Shown: positions 25,917 through 37,201, counted from the first letter of the stretch. The stretch: DNA of 48,012 bases from Burkholderiales bacterium (GCA_050741875.1 JBOIGA010000002.1:1-48012), one strand, 5' to 3'. The notes: a model not told the origin generated them from the letters alone. Program-made: numbers and translations.

Positions 25917-28900
25917 TGCGAACATCTTGACTAACAGTGTCACCGGAAAATCAGTGAGCACTCGATCCAGCTGCAGGCGCTCGCCGTTGCATTCCAATCT
26001 GGCTTTGGTCAGAAGGTTTAGATAAGCTCCGCGAGGACAATGAATAACGGTGTCGCCCCACGCGTTTTCGTCTGCGAGTTGCGAGAAGAATCTCGCCGCG
26101 ACGACGATCAGGCTCGCCTCCTCCTGGCGCCGGGCGAAAGCGATGACGTTTCCCGCGCGCGGGCCTTCGGCCGCCAGCGGTACATAGTCCCCATGTTTAA
26201 AAAGCTCGGGATTTTGCTGGCGAAAATTGAGCACGCGTGAAACGAGGTAAAGTTTGGCGCGGCCGTCGGCCAGGTTGGCGAGCAAGTCTTTGAGTCTCTC
26301 CGCGAGTTGTTCGGGCCCAAGCGATTCAAACGATTCAAGCTCGCCAAGCATTGCCTCTCGCTTCGAGTAATCCACCGGCCTGCGATTGTCGGGATCGACC
26401 AGGCTGAAATCCCAGATTTCGTTTCCCTGATAGACATCGGGCACTCCCGGCGAACTCAGCTTGAGCAAGGTTTGCGACAGGCTGTTCAGCATCCCGAGCG
26501 CCGCCACGCGTTTTTGAAACGGCAGGAAATCAGCGACAAAGTTGTTCGAAGCGATGACTTCGCGACTGAATTGCACGAGCGCTTTTTCGTAGTCGGCATC
26601 GGGATTGGTCCACGAAGTCGCAAGCTTCGCTTCTTTCGCCGCCTTGAGCATGTAATTCTCGATGCGCGTGGAGAAATCGGGTCCGGGCTCGCCCAGAGGC
26701 CAGCAACCGAGCAGGGTTTGATACAGCAGATATTCGTCGTTGACCGAGGGCGCGCGTTCGCGCCCGCTTCCGGTTTTTTTGGCGCGATTGATTTTCGCCC
26801 AGCGCTTGATGTGTTCTTTCCACTCTGCGGCAAGCTCGGAAATCACATTGATCCGCGCGCGCGCATCCTCCGAACGCTTGTTGTCATGCGTGGAAGTCGC
26901 GAGCATCGCGTGTGGAAAGCGCTTGGCGCGTTCGAGGTTCTCGTTGTGGAATGCGGCGACCGAAACAAAAAAGCGTCGCGGATCGCCGCCGACATCGTTC
27001 AAGGAGGCGAGACGAAAATCGCGGTAAAGCGCGGTGTCTTCAAGGCCTTTCGCCATCACTGGCGAAGTGACCTGTGGAAATTTCATGGCGAAACGCACGA
27101 TGGCTTCGCGGTGCTGATCGGATTTATCGGCGATTCCATCCAGGAGCAGCACATCGCGGATGAAGTCGTAAGCGCTCAAGTCGCCGCTGAGTGCTTTCTT
27201 CTTCGCGCACCCGATCGCCCAGGCGATGTGGCGGCGATCGGATTCGGAGATGTCGCCCTCGCGCACGTACGTTCGATACACCGGGAAGCAGGCGATGACT
27301 TCGGTCAACGCGTCGCGAAGCTGGTTGAGAGTGAAATCGCGAGTGTGCCGATCGAGCTCGGCAATCCGATCGAGCGCATACGCGAGCACGTTGACTTCGG
27401 AAGCGAGCGCAGCTTTGACAATCAGCTTCTTGCATTCGTACAGCAAATCGTCGAAATTGCGCTTCTCGCCGATGAACGCGTGGTAGAAGCGTGTAAGCAG
27501 TGGCTCGGCTTCGGGCCGGACGAAAAGGCCGTTCACGAGATTGGCGAAGTCGTATCCCGTCGTTCCGTGCGTGAGCCAGCCTTCGGGAAGGCGCTCGTGC
27601 GTCGCCAGAATCTTCTCCACGCAAAGATAGGTTCCGGGGGAGTCGGATCGCTTAGCGATTTCGCTTTGTAGTTTGGCGTAGTAGGTCGCAGGGTCGTACA
27701 AGCCATCGGGATGATCGATTCGCAACCCGGCGATTTTGCCCTGGGCGACGAGATCGAGTACGAAACCGTGGGTCGCGTTGAACACTTCCGGAAGCTCCAT
27801 TCGCAGCGCGGCGAGATCGTTGATATCGAAAAAGCGGCGATAGTTGATCTCGTCGCGGGCAACACGCCAGTCGGCGAGCCGGTACGCTTGCGCTTCCAGA
27901 AGTTCGTGCAGCAACTCGAAGGAGTCGGGATAGCCGGGAACGCCGTTGTATTGGAGGACTGTCTCCTCGATCACGCGCAAAACTTCAGGCGCCTCCCGGC
28001 ATAGGCGCGCCAGGCGTTGCTTGTGCAGTTCCTTGTCGCGATCGCGTTCGGCGATTTTTTCGGGAAGGATTTCACGGCGCGCGGGCAGATGCTCGAACGC
28101 GGTGATGAGACTTTGCAGGCGCAGCGCGGTATCGCTGGTCTTGCCGGCGCGCGCCTCGAGTCTTGGCAGACGATGGGAGAGCAGCTTCGCGTACTGCCGA
28201 GGGCCGATGGGAAGGCGATGCTCATAATAAAAAACGCTGAACGATCCTAAGATGCGATCGAAGGCAAGTCTGAGCTCGCCTTGCTCAAGCACCGCGCCAT
28301 AGCGATCGCCGAGAACGGGAAGCAGCACCTTGCCGCGCAGGTCTTCTTTGAGCGGCTCCCAGTCGATGTCGAAGAAATTCGCGTACACCGATGATTGCCC
28401 GTTCTCGAGGACGTCGAGCCACCATGCGTTATCCGCGCCCATCACGCCCATATGGTTGGGAACGAGATCGAGGATGTGTCCCATACCGTGCTTCTCGAGC
28501 GCGGCGACGAAATCTTCGAAAGCGTCCATTCCGCCGATTTCAGGATTGAGCGATGAATGGTCGATGATGTCGTAGCCATGCGTGCTTCCCGGCCGCGCCT
28601 TGAGATAGGGTGAGGCGTAACAATGGCTGATTCCGAGCCGGGCGAGATAAGGGACAAGCTTGGCCGCATCGTTGAAAGTGAAATCGCGATTGAGTTGCAG
28701 CCGGTAGGTCGCGTTTGGAATCTCGACCTCGTCCAGGCGAATTTCGCGCTCGGTGCGCGCCGCTGCTGCGCTGGGTGAGCCGCGCTCTTCGCGCAGCGCT
28801 GTTACGATTTCGCGAAACCCCCGTTCCTCAGTAAGACGTTCGAGATTGAGCGGCAGCTTCTTGCGCCAGTTCGGTTGCTGCCCGACCGTTCCAGGCATGT

Positions 28901-30899
28901 TGACCTGCTCGGCTGTGCCCATCACGTCTTCCAACTGGACCATCATCACTTTCGCCGGCGTGCGAGCGAGAAAGCGATGGCACGCATTCGACAGCGCGGC
29001 GGTCATCGCCGGAACCGAGGCGGGATCAATGCTTGCGGCTTCTGGCAACAGCCCTTCACGTTCGAGCGCGAGGAGCAGGCGGGCCCGTTCCTGTGAGCGG
29101 ACAAGGATTGCCTGCTCGCGCAAGGCATCCGAAGGAAAAAGATTGAGCTCGTTGCGAATGGCCAGATCGCGCCCTTCCCAGTAACCCGCGAGTGTGGGCA
29201 GATCATGTGTGGAAATTGTGCACAGCGCCTGTGCCGGATACTGGTCTGGAGATTTGAATTCGTCGTTGTCGTTTTTCTCAAAATACAACAAACGGTACGA
29301 CAAGAGCCCGGCGCCATGGAGGCCGGCGCGCACTTCGTCTGGCACCGTGCCCAGATCCTCGCCGATGACCAGACAACGATTGCGTTGCGACTCCAGCGCG
29401 AGAATTCCCAAAAGGTCTTCGAAAAGGTAGTGGACATAAGCGCCTTCTTTGGCGCTTGCGTTCGGTGGCACCCAGTACAAACGCATGAGGCCCATGACGT
29501 GATCGATCCGCAGCGCTCCGGCGTGACGCATTGTGCTTCGCAAGACAGCTATCCACGGCGCGTACGCTGCTTCGCGTAATGCACGCGGATTGAAAGGCGG
29601 CAGACCCCAATCCTGTCCCCGCGGATTCCACTCATCGGGAGGTGCGCCGACTCGCGCACTCAATGCATATACGTTTTGATTCGCCCACGTTCCCGCGCCC
29701 GCGGCATCAACCGAGATCGGCAGGTCGAGATAGAGCCCCACGCCCATGCGCAGCGCGAGGCAGCGTTTGCCAACTTCATCAAGCTGTCTGTCCGCGCACC
29801 ACTGCAGGTACTGGTAGAACTCGACTCGATCGCGATTGCGCGCGCGAAACTCGACGACCGCGCTCGATTCCGGGTCGCGATATTCTTCCGGCCACTTCGG
29901 CCAGCCCCATAAAGCCGGATCGGCGCCGTGAAAGTGTTCCTGGAGAGCGGTGAAAAGCGCATGGGTGTAAAGCGTGCGCCCGCCCGCCGCCTGGTACGCG
30001 CGAAACGCGCGCGCCTGAGCGCTCGCCGAGGTGAGATGCTTCTCGCGGAAATGGCGCCACAGGATCTCGAGCGCTTCGAATTTCGCCGCGGCGACGGCTT
30101 CATAGTCGACGAGATCGGAGCCGCGCAGTTTTGCAAGCCGCATCAGAAACTGCGGATGGCGAACAAATGCGCGAGCGACCTCACAGTCCTGCGCGGCGAT
30201 GATGGCGTCGACGTCGAGATAGAGAAAGTTCAGGAAAGAGCGGTTCGACGGGCTGTACGGACTGGCGTGTCTGGGATCGTGTGGAAAAAGCGCGCACAGC
30301 GGATTGACCCCAACGACACCCGCGCCTTCGCGCGCGAAAATCTCCACGGCATTTTTCAGATCGGTGAAATCGCCGATCCCCCAATTGCGTTCCGAGCGCA
30401 CCGCATACAACTGCAGCGCGGGCCCCCACACGCGCGCCGCCAATGCAGGTGGCCAATAGCATTTGGCAGGAACGACGATGAGCGGCATGCGCGCGGGTTC
30501 GTCGTCGCGGCTCAGCTCGAAAGTGTGATAGCCGATCGCAAGCGGCGGCGCGAGATCGAAGATCGCCCGTCCTTGCGCATCCCGGCTGAGCTCGGACGGA
30601 ATGAAGCTGCCGGAGTGTTGAGCACCGTTCTCCTCGATGATTCGCCAGCGCCAGGCCGTGTCGAAGTCAACCGGGGCGATGGGGATTTTCGCCGCGCCGT
30701 CCTCCTCACGCGCGATAAGCACGGGTGGCAGGACTCGCGAAGACTCGTCTTTCGGGACTGCGCCGAAAGCATCGATGAGCGCGCGCAGCGTCGCCGCGGA
30801 CGTGTGGTGCTCGTTACCCCAGATGTCGTGATAGCTCGCGGCGATTCCGAGCTTGTGGCCGAGCTCAGCGAGCCGGTCGAGCGCGTCGCCCGCGTTCAT
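25905..30899 (-). CDS. fusion of 4-alpha-glucanotransferase (MalQ, GH77) and malto-oligosyltrehalose synthase (TreY, GH13)
   Basis: The N-terminal half carries GH77 motifs ([17 protein letters not shown]). The C-terminal half begins [11 protein letters not shown], then [35 protein letters not shown]. Confidence 0.9.
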   Translation of the reverse strand: MNAGDALDRLAELGHKLGIAASYHDIWGNEHHTSAATLRALIDAFGAVPKDESSRVLPPVLIAREEDGAAKIPIAPVDFDTAWRWRIIEENGAQHSGSFIPSELSRDAQGRAIFDLAPPLAIGYHTFELSRDDEPARMPLIVVPAKCYWPPALAARVWGPALQLYAVRSERNWGIGDFTDLKNAVEIFAREGAGVVGVNPLCALFPHDPRHASPYSPSNRSFLNFLYLDVDAIIAAQDCEVARAFVRHPQFLMRLAKLRGSDLVDYEAVAAAKFEALEILWRHFREKHLTSASAQARAFRAYQAAGGRTLYTHALFTALQEHFHGADPALWGWPKWPEEYRDPESSAVVEFRARNRDRVEFYQYLQWCADRQLDEVGKRCLALRMGVGLYLDLPISVDAAGAGTWANQNVYALSARVGAPPDEWNPRGQDWGLPPFNPRALREAAYAPWIAVLRSTMRHAGALRIDHVMGLMRLYWVPPNASAKEGAYVHYLFEDLLGILALESQRNRCLVIGEDLGTVPDEVRAGLHGAGLLSYRLLYFEKNDNDEFKSPDQYPAQALCTISTHDLPTLAGYWEGRDLAIRNELNLFPSDALREQAILVRSQERARLLLALEREGLLPEAASIDPASVPAMTAALSNACHRFLARTPAKVMMVQLEDVMGTAEQVNMPGTVGQQPNWRKKLPLNLERLTEERGFREIVTALREERGSPSAAAARTEREIRLDEVEIPNATYRLQLNRDFTFNDAAKLVPYLARLGISHCYASPYLKARPGSTHGYDIIDHSSLNPEIGGMDAFEDFVAALEKHGMGHILDLVPNHMGVMGADNAWWLDVLENGQSSVYANFFDIDWEPLKEDLRGKVLLPVLGDRYGAVLEQGELRLAFDRILGSFSVFYYEHRLPIGPRQYAKLLSHRLPRLEARAGKTSDTALRLQSLITAFEHLPARREILPEKIAERDRDKELHKQRLARLCREAPEVLRVIEETVLQYNGVPGYPDSFELLHELLEAQAYRLADWRVARDEINYRRFFDINDLAALRMELPEVFNATHGFVLDLVAQGKIAGLRIDHPDGLYDPATYYAKLQSEIAKRSDSPGTYLCVEKILATHERLPEGWLTHGTTGYDFANLVNGLFVRPEAEPLLTRFYHAFIGEKRNFDDLLYECKKLIVKAALASEVNVLAYALDRIAELDRHTRDFTLNQLRDALTEVIACFPVYRTYVREGDISESDRRHIAWAIGCAKKKALSGDLSAYDFIRDVLLLDGIADKSDQHREAIVRFAMKFPQVTSPVMAKGLEDTALYRDFRLASLNDVGGDPRRFFVSVAAFHNENLERAKRFPHAMLATSTHDNKRSEDARARINVISELAAEWKEHIKRWAKINRAKKTGSGRERAPSVNDEYLLYQTLLGCWPLGEPGPDFSTRIENYMLKAAKEAKLATSWTNPDADYEKALVQFSREVIASNNFVADFLPFQKRVAALGMLNSLSQTLLKLSSPGVPDVYQGNEIWDFSLVDPDNRRPVDYSKREAMLGELESFESLGPEQLAERLKDLLANLADGRAKLYLVSRVLNFRQQNPELFKHGDYVPLAAEGPRAGNVIAFARRQEEASLIVVAARFFSQLADENAWGDTVIHCPRGAYLNLLTKARLECNGERLQLDRVLTDFPVTLLVKMFAVSR

Positions 30900-32740
30900 T
30901 CCTCAATCAGAAACGCGACGCTCCATGGGGGAAGCGCCTTTTTGATTGCATGAGTCGCGAAAAGAATTCTTCCGTTCAAGGCAATGTCGGTTCTTATGGC
31001 TTCGCCGCTCAGATTGGCAAGTAGCGTGACGCATGACCCATCGTTCATTTTCCACTGCACTTTTAACCCCCGTTCGGAAAGTTTTTGGTAGCTCGCCTGC
31101 GGCGCTTCCCGGTTGCCCAATTTCTGATCTCTGATCGCTGTTTTCAAGCGCGGAACGATTTCGGCGTGGCGAACTTTGAGCAATTCGCGAAAGAAGGCGA
31201 CGTGCTCGTCGTGCGGAGGTTTTTCAATCTGAGACCAATCGAGCACAGCGCTCTGAAAAGCCGGCGGCGCATTGGGGTCGGGAATGAGCAGTTTCATTTT
31301 CGGATCGCGAAACGCGGGGAAGCGCTCGAATTCACGCCGCCTTCCTTCAGTCACGAGGCCGGCGAGCGGAGGGCCGAAGTCGCAAAAGAATGGAAAAGGC
31401 TGCGCCGCGGCGAATTCCTGTCCCATGAAAATGAGCGGAATCGCGGGAGAAAGCAAGAGTATCGCGGTCGCCGCGCGCAGCGCGTCGCGATCGGCGACAT
31501 GGTTCAAACGATGCCCGAAAGCGTTGTTGCCGACCTGATCGTGATTCTGCAGAAAATTGACAAACGCCGTTGGCGGAAGATCCGCGCTTCGCTCGCCGCG
31601 AGCTTTTCCATGGCGGTGTTGGGATGTTTCGCCCTGATACGAAAAACCTTCGCTCAAAGCACGCCCGAGGTGGACGATCGGTTCTTCCGAGTAATCGCGG
31701 TAATACCCTTCCCGTTCATCGGTCAAAAGAACATGGAGCGCGTGGTGCGCGTCGTCGTTCCATTGCGCGGTATACCAGCGCGGGCGCCCTTGGCCATCGT
31801 GCTCCAGGAAACGCGCGATGTTGTTGTCGTTTTCCAGGATCAGATGAATTTCGCGAGTCTTGCCCGGACCGCCGCGCACCGCTTCGGCGAGCTCGCACAA
31901 AATGCTGATATCCGATTCATCGTCGCGGATCGCATGGACGGCATCGAGGCGCAAACCATCCAGCCGGAATTCCTCGAGCCAGTACAGCGCGTTGTGAATG
32001 TAAAAATCGCGCACCGGGCGCGAGCCTGCTTGATCGAAGTTGATCGCCGCGCCCCAAGGCGTGTCGTAATGCTTGGTGAAAAACTGCGGCGCGTAGACGT
32101 GCAGATAGTTGCCTTCGGGACCGAAGTGATTGTAGACGACGTCGAGCAGCACCATGATGCCGCGCTCGTGCGCGGCTTCGATGAAGCGTTTGAAATCGTC
32201 GGGTGTTCCGTACGCCGAATCGGGAGCAAACAACAGCACGCCGTCATAACCCCAGTTCTTGCGTCCGGGAAAATCGGCGACCGGCATGACTTCGAGCGCG
32301 GTCACGCCCAGATGGCAGAGGTAGTCGAGCCGTTCGATCGCGGAACGGAAAGTGCCTCCCGGCGTAAACGTTCCGATGTGCAACTCGTAGACGACCGCTT
32401 CGTGCCAGGGTCTACCGCGCCAGTCGCCGTCCTTCCATTCGTATGCGAGCGGATCAACGACAATCGAGGGACCGGTCACATCGCGCAAGTTGAAACGCGA
32501 AGCCGGATCGGGAACGAGAACTTCGCCATCAATGCGATAGCGATAGCCGCTTCCCGCCGATGCATTTTCCGTTATCAGAGAATGCCAACCTTCGTCGCCC
32601 TTCGGTAAGGGCAGAAGTATTTCCTCGGCTTTAGCATCGAGACACAGCTCGACTGACTTCGCGTTCGGCGCCCACAGGTTGAAGCGGACTCCGTTCTCCA
32701 CGATCTCCGCCCCGAAAGGCATTGAATGCCTAACTCTCAT
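30896..32740 (-). CDS. treZ: malto-oligosyltrehalose trehalohydrolase TreZ
   Basis: GH13 regions [26 protein letters not shown] and ILENDNN. Alternative start at 32722 (MPFGAEI). ATGA overlap with the downstream gene. Confidence 0.9.
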   Translation of the reverse strand: MRVRHSMPFGAEIVENGVRFNLWAPNAKSVELCLDAKAEEILLPLPKGDEGWHSLITENASAGSGYRYRIDGEVLVPDPASRFNLRDVTGPSIVVDPLAYEWKDGDWRGRPWHEAVVYELHIGTFTPGGTFRSAIERLDYLCHLGVTALEVMPVADFPGRKNWGYDGVLLFAPDSAYGTPDDFKRFIEAAHERGIMVLLDVVYNHFGPEGNYLHVYAPQFFTKHYDTPWGAAINFDQAGSRPVRDFYIHNALYWLEEFRLDGLRLDAVHAIRDDESDISILCELAEAVRGGPGKTREIHLILENDNNIARFLEHDGQGRPRWYTAQWNDDAHHALHVLLTDEREGYYRDYSEEPIVHLGRALSEGFSYQGETSQHRHGKARGERSADLPPTAFVNFLQNHDQVGNNAFGHRLNHVADRDALRAATAILLLSPAIPLIFMGQEFAAAQPFPFFCDFGPPLAGLVTEGRRREFERFPAFRDPKMKLLIPDPNAPPAFQSAVLDWSQIEKPPHDEHVAFFRELLKVRHAEIVPRLKTAIRDQKLGNREAPQASYQKLSERGLKVQWKMNDGSCVTLLANLSGEAIRTDIALNGRILFATHAIKKALPPWSVAFLIEE

Positions 32741-34922
32741 CGCGAGCGAGTCGTGGGTTCGCCTGAGTCAGCAGCGCGAGCGAGCGGCCTTGCAGCGGAT
32801 ATGTTTGCTTTGCGTTGAAAAAGTCTCCGCGTTTCAATCCGCCTTCAACGACGGTGTCGAGCACCATTTGCCAAGGCGCTTCCGAGCCCAAATTCGGAAT
32901 CTCGAATTTGATCTCCTCGTGATACGCGTTGATGAGCAGCAGAAAATGATCGTCCAATTCGAGACTGCCCTTGCCGTCGTATTCGTTTTCCATATTGCCC
33001 GATAAGAAAAGGCCGAGGCAGCGCGCGAACGACGTGTTCCAGTCCTCCGCCGTCATTTCGCGCCCATGCGGATGCAGCCAGACGATCCCCGTTACTTTCG
33101 AAGACGGAAGGTGAAGTCCCTCGACTTTCGAAGACGGAAGGTGAAGTCCCTCGAAAAAATGCCGGCGGCGAAAAACGACGTGATTTTTGCGGATGCGTCC
33201 CAGGCGCTGAAGGTAAGCGAGCAGTTGTTCGTCGGCGTCGTCTAGTTTCCAGTCGAGCCAGGAAATTTCGCTGTCCTGGCAATAGGCGTTGTTGTTGCCG
33301 CCTTGAGTCCTGCCCATTTCGTCCCCCAAAAGCAGCATAGGCACTCCTTGCGAGAGCATGAGCGTCGCCAAAAAGTTCCGCTTCTGCTGGCCGCGAAGGT
33401 CCTTGATGTCGGCGCGATCGGTCTCGCCCTCGACTCCGCAGTTCCAGCTTCGGTTGTGCGATTCGCCGTCGCGGTTGTCTTCGTGATTGGCCTCGTTGTG
33501 CTTGTGGTTGTAGGAGACGAGATCGTGCAAGGTGAAGCCGTCGTGCGCGGTGATGAAATTGATGCTCGCGTAAGGCCTTCTCCCGCTCGTTTCGTAGAGA
33601 TCGCTCGAACCGGTCAGGCGGTACGCCATCGCGCCGATCAATCCGTCGTCGCCTTTCCAATAGCTGCGCACATCGTCGCGATACATGCCGTTCCACTCGG
33701 CCCAGCCGACGGGAAAATTGCCGACCTGATATCCGCCTTCGCCGAGATCCCACGGCTCGGCGATGAGTTTCACCTGCGAAATGACCGGGTCCTGGTGAAT
33801 GATGTCGAAAAAAGCGCCGAGCTTGTCCACCTCGTGCAATTCGCGCGCTAATGTGGAAGCGAGATCGAAGCGGAATCCGTCGACGTGCATTTCGGTGACC
33901 CAGTAGCGCAGCGAATCCATGATGATCTGTAGCACACGCGGATGCGTCATATTGAGCGTGTTGCCGGTGCCGGTATAGTCCCGGTAATAGCGAAAGCCGT
34001 CGCCTTCGAGGCGATAGTAGGCGACGTTGTCTATGCCGCGAAAACACAAGGTCGGCCCGAGATGATTGCCCTCGGCGGTGTGGTTGTAGACGACGTCGAG
34101 GATGACCTCGAGTCCGTGCGAGTGCAGCGTTTTGACCATCGCCTTGAACTCGTTCACAGGGTCTTCGAAAGCGTAGCGCGAATCGGGGGAGAAGAATCCG
34201 ATCGAGTTGTAGCCCCAATAGTTGCGCAGCTGTTTCTCGATGAGTCTTCTGTCGTCAACGAAAGCGTGCACGGGCATAAGCTCGATCGTCGTCACGCCGA
34301 GCTTCTTGAAATGCTCGATGACGGGCGCGCACGCGAGCGCTTCGTAAGTCCCGCGCAGGTGCGGCGGAACGTCGGGATGATTGTGGGTGAATCCTTTGAT
34401 GTGTGTTTCGTAAATCACCGTCTCCGACCGCGGCACTTTCGGGGGTTTGTCCTCGGCCCACGAAAACGCCGGCTCAATTACCATGCACTTCGGCATACCG
34501 GGCGCCGAATCGCGGCGATCGAAAGACAGATCCGCGCGCTCGGAGCCGATGCGATAACCATATTGCGCGTCGCTCCAGCGCAATGTGCCGGCAATGTGTT
34601 TGGCGTAAGGGTCGAAGAGCAGTTTATTGGCGTTGAAGCGATGGCCGTTTTTTGGGTCGTAAGGTCCGTGGACCCGATAGCCGTAGAGCTGGCCGGGGCG
34701 CACTTCGGGGAGATAGCAATGCCAGACCCGGTGCGTCCGCTCTTTCAGTTTGACGCGCTGCACCTCGCGTTTGCCCCGAGTCTTTCCGCGGGAATCGAAA
34801 AGACACAGCTCGACTTTTTCGGCGTGCTCGGAAAAAAGCGCGAAGTTGACCCCCTCACCATCCCATGTCGCGCCGAGCGGGTAAGGCTGTCCCGTCCATA
34901 CTGCCAATCGGTGATTGTTCAT
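32730..34922 (-). CDS. glgX: glycogen debranching enzyme GlgX/TreX
   Basis: YWGYNSIGFFSP, VILDVVYNHT, VDGFRFDLAS, LIAEPWD, FITAHDGFTL. Confidence 0.92.
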   Translation of the reverse strand: MNNHRLAVWTGQPYPLGATWDGEGVNFALFSEHAEKVELCLFDSRGKTRGKREVQRVKLKERTHRVWHCYLPEVRPGQLYGYRVHGPYDPKNGHRFNANKLLFDPYAKHIAGTLRWSDAQYGYRIGSERADLSFDRRDSAPGMPKCMVIEPAFSWAEDKPPKVPRSETVIYETHIKGFTHNHPDVPPHLRGTYEALACAPVIEHFKKLGVTTIELMPVHAFVDDRRLIEKQLRNYWGYNSIGFFSPDSRYAFEDPVNEFKAMVKTLHSHGLEVILDVVYNHTAEGNHLGPTLCFRGIDNVAYYRLEGDGFRYYRDYTGTGNTLNMTHPRVLQIIMDSLRYWVTEMHVDGFRFDLASTLARELHEVDKLGAFFDIIHQDPVISQVKLIAEPWDLGEGGYQVGNFPVGWAEWNGMYRDDVRSYWKGDDGLIGAMAYRLTGSSDLYETSGRRPYASINFITAHDGFTLHDLVSYNHKHNEANHEDNRDGESHNRSWNCGVEGETDRADIKDLRGQQKRNFLATLMLSQGVPMLLLGDEMGRTQGGNNNAYCQDSEISWLDWKLDDADEQLLAYLQRLGRIRKNHVVFRRRHFFEGLHLPSSKVEGLHLPSSKVTGIVWLHPHGREMTAEDWNTSFARCLGLFLSGNMENEYDGKGSLELDDHFLLLINAYHEEIKFEIPNLGSEAPWQMVLDTVVEGGLKRGDFFNAKQTYPLQGRSLALLTQANPRLARDES
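33094..33153. repeat. perfect 30-bp x2 in-frame tandem duplication inside glgX (EGLHLPSSKV x2)
   Basis: ACTTTCGAAGACGGAAGGTGAAGTCCCTCG occurs at 33094..33123 and again at 33124..33153. Confidence 0.97.
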
Positions 34923-35196
34923 TCAGGAATTATTGTTCTGCTGTCGTCCTGTCGTCAGATGATAACAAATTATCTTTGTTCCCTCGCTTAACCCGAAGAT
35001 CCTTGCCAGGCAGTGACCGTTGATGGTCTCGCTGGTCGCCGGTCTTCCAGGAATTATTGGCAATCTGGAAAAACTTACACGGCCCATGTAAGCGTTACGT
35101 CTGCAGAAACATCGCCGCTTTGCCGCGAAACGTTCAGCTAAGCAAGCTGACTCGTGTTCGTCAGGCCTTATCCGGCAAAGAAATTTGCCGATCGAA

Positions 35197-35212
35197 AGGC
35201 ACGACTATTGCT
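35197..35212 (+). promoter_or_regulatory. sigma54-type -24/-12 element AGGCAC-N5-TTGCT
   Basis: The GG and GC dinucleotides have exact consensus spacing, 55 nt upstream of the DUF2383 ATG. Confidence 0.45.
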
Positions 35213-35225
35213 CCGCGCGAATTGC

Positions 35226-35250
35226 GCTGAACGCGATAGGCGCGTTCAGC
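35226..35250 (+). promoter_or_regulatory. 10-bp perfect stem-loop (GCTGAACGCG-ATAGG-CGCGTTCAGC) in the predicted 5' leader
   Basis: Read directly. Ends 5 nt before the SD CAGGAG. Confidence 0.6.
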
Positions 35251-35266
35251 CTTACAGGAGAAGCCA

Positions 35267-35716
35267 ATGGATAACGACAATGTAATCTCTACACTCAACG
35301 ACCTCATCCAAACTTCCAGGGACGGCGAGGAGGGATTCAAGCAATGCGCGGAGAACGCTTCCGATCCGCAGTTGAAAAGCGTTTTCAGCGAGTGCGCGCA
35401 AAGTTGCGCCGAGGGGGCGCGCGAACTCCAAAGTGAAGTACGGCGCCTGGGCGGTAACCCCGAAACGGGAGGAAGCGTGGGCGGCGCGATGCATCGCGGC
35501 TGGGTTGATGTCAAAGGCGCGGTCACCGGCAAGGACGACGAAGCAATTTTGAACGAAACCGAGCGCGGGGAGGATGCCGCGGTCGAGTCGTATCGCAACG
35601 CTCTCAACTCGGATCTGCCGGACGAGGTTCGAACGATGGTCGAACGTCAGTTCGAAGGCGTTCAGCAAAACCACGACATGATTCGCGAACTTCGCGATCA
35701 ATACGCCAGCCGCTGA
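35267..35716 (+). CDS. PA2169/DUF2383-family four-helix-bundle (ferritin-like) protein
   Basis: Family-typical LNDLI....DG..GF..CAE......LK..F........A.EL and ERGED.A...Y..AL. Confidence 0.8.
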   Translation: MDNDNVISTLNDLIQTSRDGEEGFKQCAENASDPQLKSVFSECAQSCAEGARELQSEVRRLGGNPETGGSVGGAMHRGWVDVKGAVTGKDDEAILNETERGEDAAVESYRNALNSDLPDEVRTMVERQFEGVQQNHDMIRELRDQYASR

Positions 35717-36007
35717 GCCTTACTCTCGTTTGGCGGCCGGCGCTGCGGCGATTGACTATCGCCGGTAGCGCCAAAGGAGGTACTTGCCCGTTTCCGAATG
35801 CGGGCTGTGGGCCTGCTTCGATTCGGGCGAGACTCCTGGCGCAAGAAAATCGTCAGCACGGCCATCGAAAAGATCGCCAGAAAGTTGCTTGCTCGCGTGC
35901 AGCCAAAAGTCAGTGATTGTCCTACGGCAAATTCGGTCGTTCTCTGATAGAAAAGGTCTCCGAACAAAGGCATCCTCCGATAGGCATCAGCGTAAGAAGA
36001 GGCGATC

Positions 36008-36529
36008 ATGAACGTCGAAACGTTGAGCGTATTGCTGTTCGCGGGCGGCCTCATTTGCGGCGCCGCGGTCGCGGCCGAGAAGGACGCCGAATCGGCGCAG
36101 ACGGTTGGCAAACAAGGCTGGATCAAACAAGCCGCGCAAGGCGGGCTTGCCGAAGTCGAGATGGGAAAACTCGCGGCGCAAAAAGCGCGGAACCCCGAAG
36201 TCAAGAAGTATGGGCAACGCATGGTTGAAGACCACGGCAAGGTCAACGACCAGCTCATGAGAATCGCGGCAGAGAAAGGCGTGACGCCGCCCTCGCAACC
36301 CGCGCCCAAACAGATGGCGAAGAAAAAAGAACTGATGGCGGCATCCGAAGCGGAGTTCGACAAGAAATACATGCAAGCGCAGGTGCGGGACCATCAGGAG
36401 ATGATTGCCTTGTTTGAGCAAGGCGCGAAGAGCAAGGACCGCAAGCTTCAGGAATTCGCCAAAAAGACGCTACCCAACTTGAAGGAGCACTTGCAGATGG
36501 CGCGGAACATCCAGAGCAAGATCAAATAA
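36008..36529 (+). CDS. secreted DUF4142-domain protein
   Basis: Signal peptide. Motifs FIKQAAQGGLAEVEMGKLA, MVEDHGKVNDQL, QVRDHQEMIALFE. Confidence 0.8.
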   Translation: MNVETLSVLLFAGGLICGAAVAAEKDAESAQTVGKQGWIKQAAQGGLAEVEMGKLAAQKARNPEVKKYGQRMVEDHGKVNDQLMRIAAEKGVTPPSQPAPKQMAKKKELMAASEAEFDKKYMQAQVRDHQEMIALFEQGAKSKDRKLQEFAKKTLPNLKEHLQMARNIQSKIK

Positions 36530-36597
36530 CGATGTATTTCTATCAACAAAACGGCTGCGCCGGGCACTGCGCACCCGCAAATCCACGAGGAGCAAAA

Positions 36598-37050
36598 ATG
36601 GCCACGGTAGAACAATCCGTTGACGTCGCTTGTCCGGTGCGTACGGTTTACAACCAGTGGACGCAGTTCGAGGAATTTCCCCGCTTCATGGAAGGCGTTC
36701 GTGAGGTCACTCAACTCGACGAGACCCATCTTCGCTGGCGCGCGCAAGTCGGCGGCAAGGAAGAAACCTGGACCGCCGAGATAGACGAACAGATCCCGGA
36801 CAAGCGCATCGCGTGGCACAGCACGTCTGGCGCGAAGAACGCCGGGGTGGTTACCTTTCACCGTGTCGCGGACGACAGGACTCGCGTGATGGCGCAGTTC
36901 GATTACGAGCCGCAAGGAACGGTGGAAAAAGCCGGCAGCGCGGTCGGCCTCGACTCAGCGAGAGTCAAAGGCGACCTGCGGCGCTTCAAGGAATTCATCG
37001 AACAGCGCGCCAGTGAAACCGGGGCGTGGCGGGGGGAAGTAAAGGATTGA
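36598..37050 (+). CDS. SRPBCC (cyclase/dehydrase-like) family protein
   Basis: VYNQWTQFEEFPRFMEGV...W.A is typical of the family. SD GAGGAG before the ATG at 36598. Confidence 0.8.
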   Translation: MATVEQSVDVACPVRTVYNQWTQFEEFPRFMEGVREVTQLDETHLRWRAQVGGKEETWTAEIDEQIPDKRIAWHSTSGAKNAGVVTFHRVADDRTRVMAQFDYEPQGTVEKAGSAVGLDSARVKGDLRRFKEFIEQRASETGAWRGEVKD

Positions 37051-37116
37051 GGATTCGGGATCAAGGATTCAGTCAAACCGCTCGACTAAGCGTCCTGATT
37101 CCCGAATCCAGCTTTT
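37043..37116 (+). terminator. 7-nt-period array hairpin (AGGATTG AGGATTC GGGATCA AGGATTC / TCCTGATTCCCGAATCC) followed by a T-run
   Basis: The array starts on the last codons and TGA of the SRPBCC gene. About 16 bp can pair, with two bulges. AGCTTTT follows. Confidence 0.7.
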
Positions 37117-37201
37117 AAGAGGGTCGCGGCCTCGACTACGAAGGTAATAATAAGGAGCGCCGCGGCTCATTTTTTTGTAGCACCTTCACTGGAGAACAAC
37201 A

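Noticed and set aside
31085-32608. Long antisense or alternative-frame ORFs over the large genes. Examples: 31085..32608(+), 23640..25286(+), 26307..27671(+), 33942..34991(+), 29928..30953(+), 8235..9272(-), 12889..13947(-), 13734..14747(-), 21079..22212(+), 32845..34218(-).
   Set aside because: Their translations are Arg/Ala/Gly-rich and low in complexity, with no recognisable motifs. Each lies entirely within a gene that has strong family signatures. Such ORFs are typical high-GC artefacts.
35698-36372. 224-aa minus-strand ORF, including a possible short membrane-like start MPLFGDLFYQRTTEFAVGQSLTF... at about 35960 in the DUF2383-DUF4142 spacer.
   Set aside because: Most of it is antisense to the well-supported DUF4142 gene. 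The intergenic part has GGAGG directly abutting the ATG (no spacing), and no family was recognised. At most it is a gene remnant.
37131-37201. CGGCTCA-TTTTT-TTGTA upstream of the ferritin-like gene as a fourth sigma54 site.
   Set aside because: The -12 GC is absent (GT instead) and the spacing is off by one.
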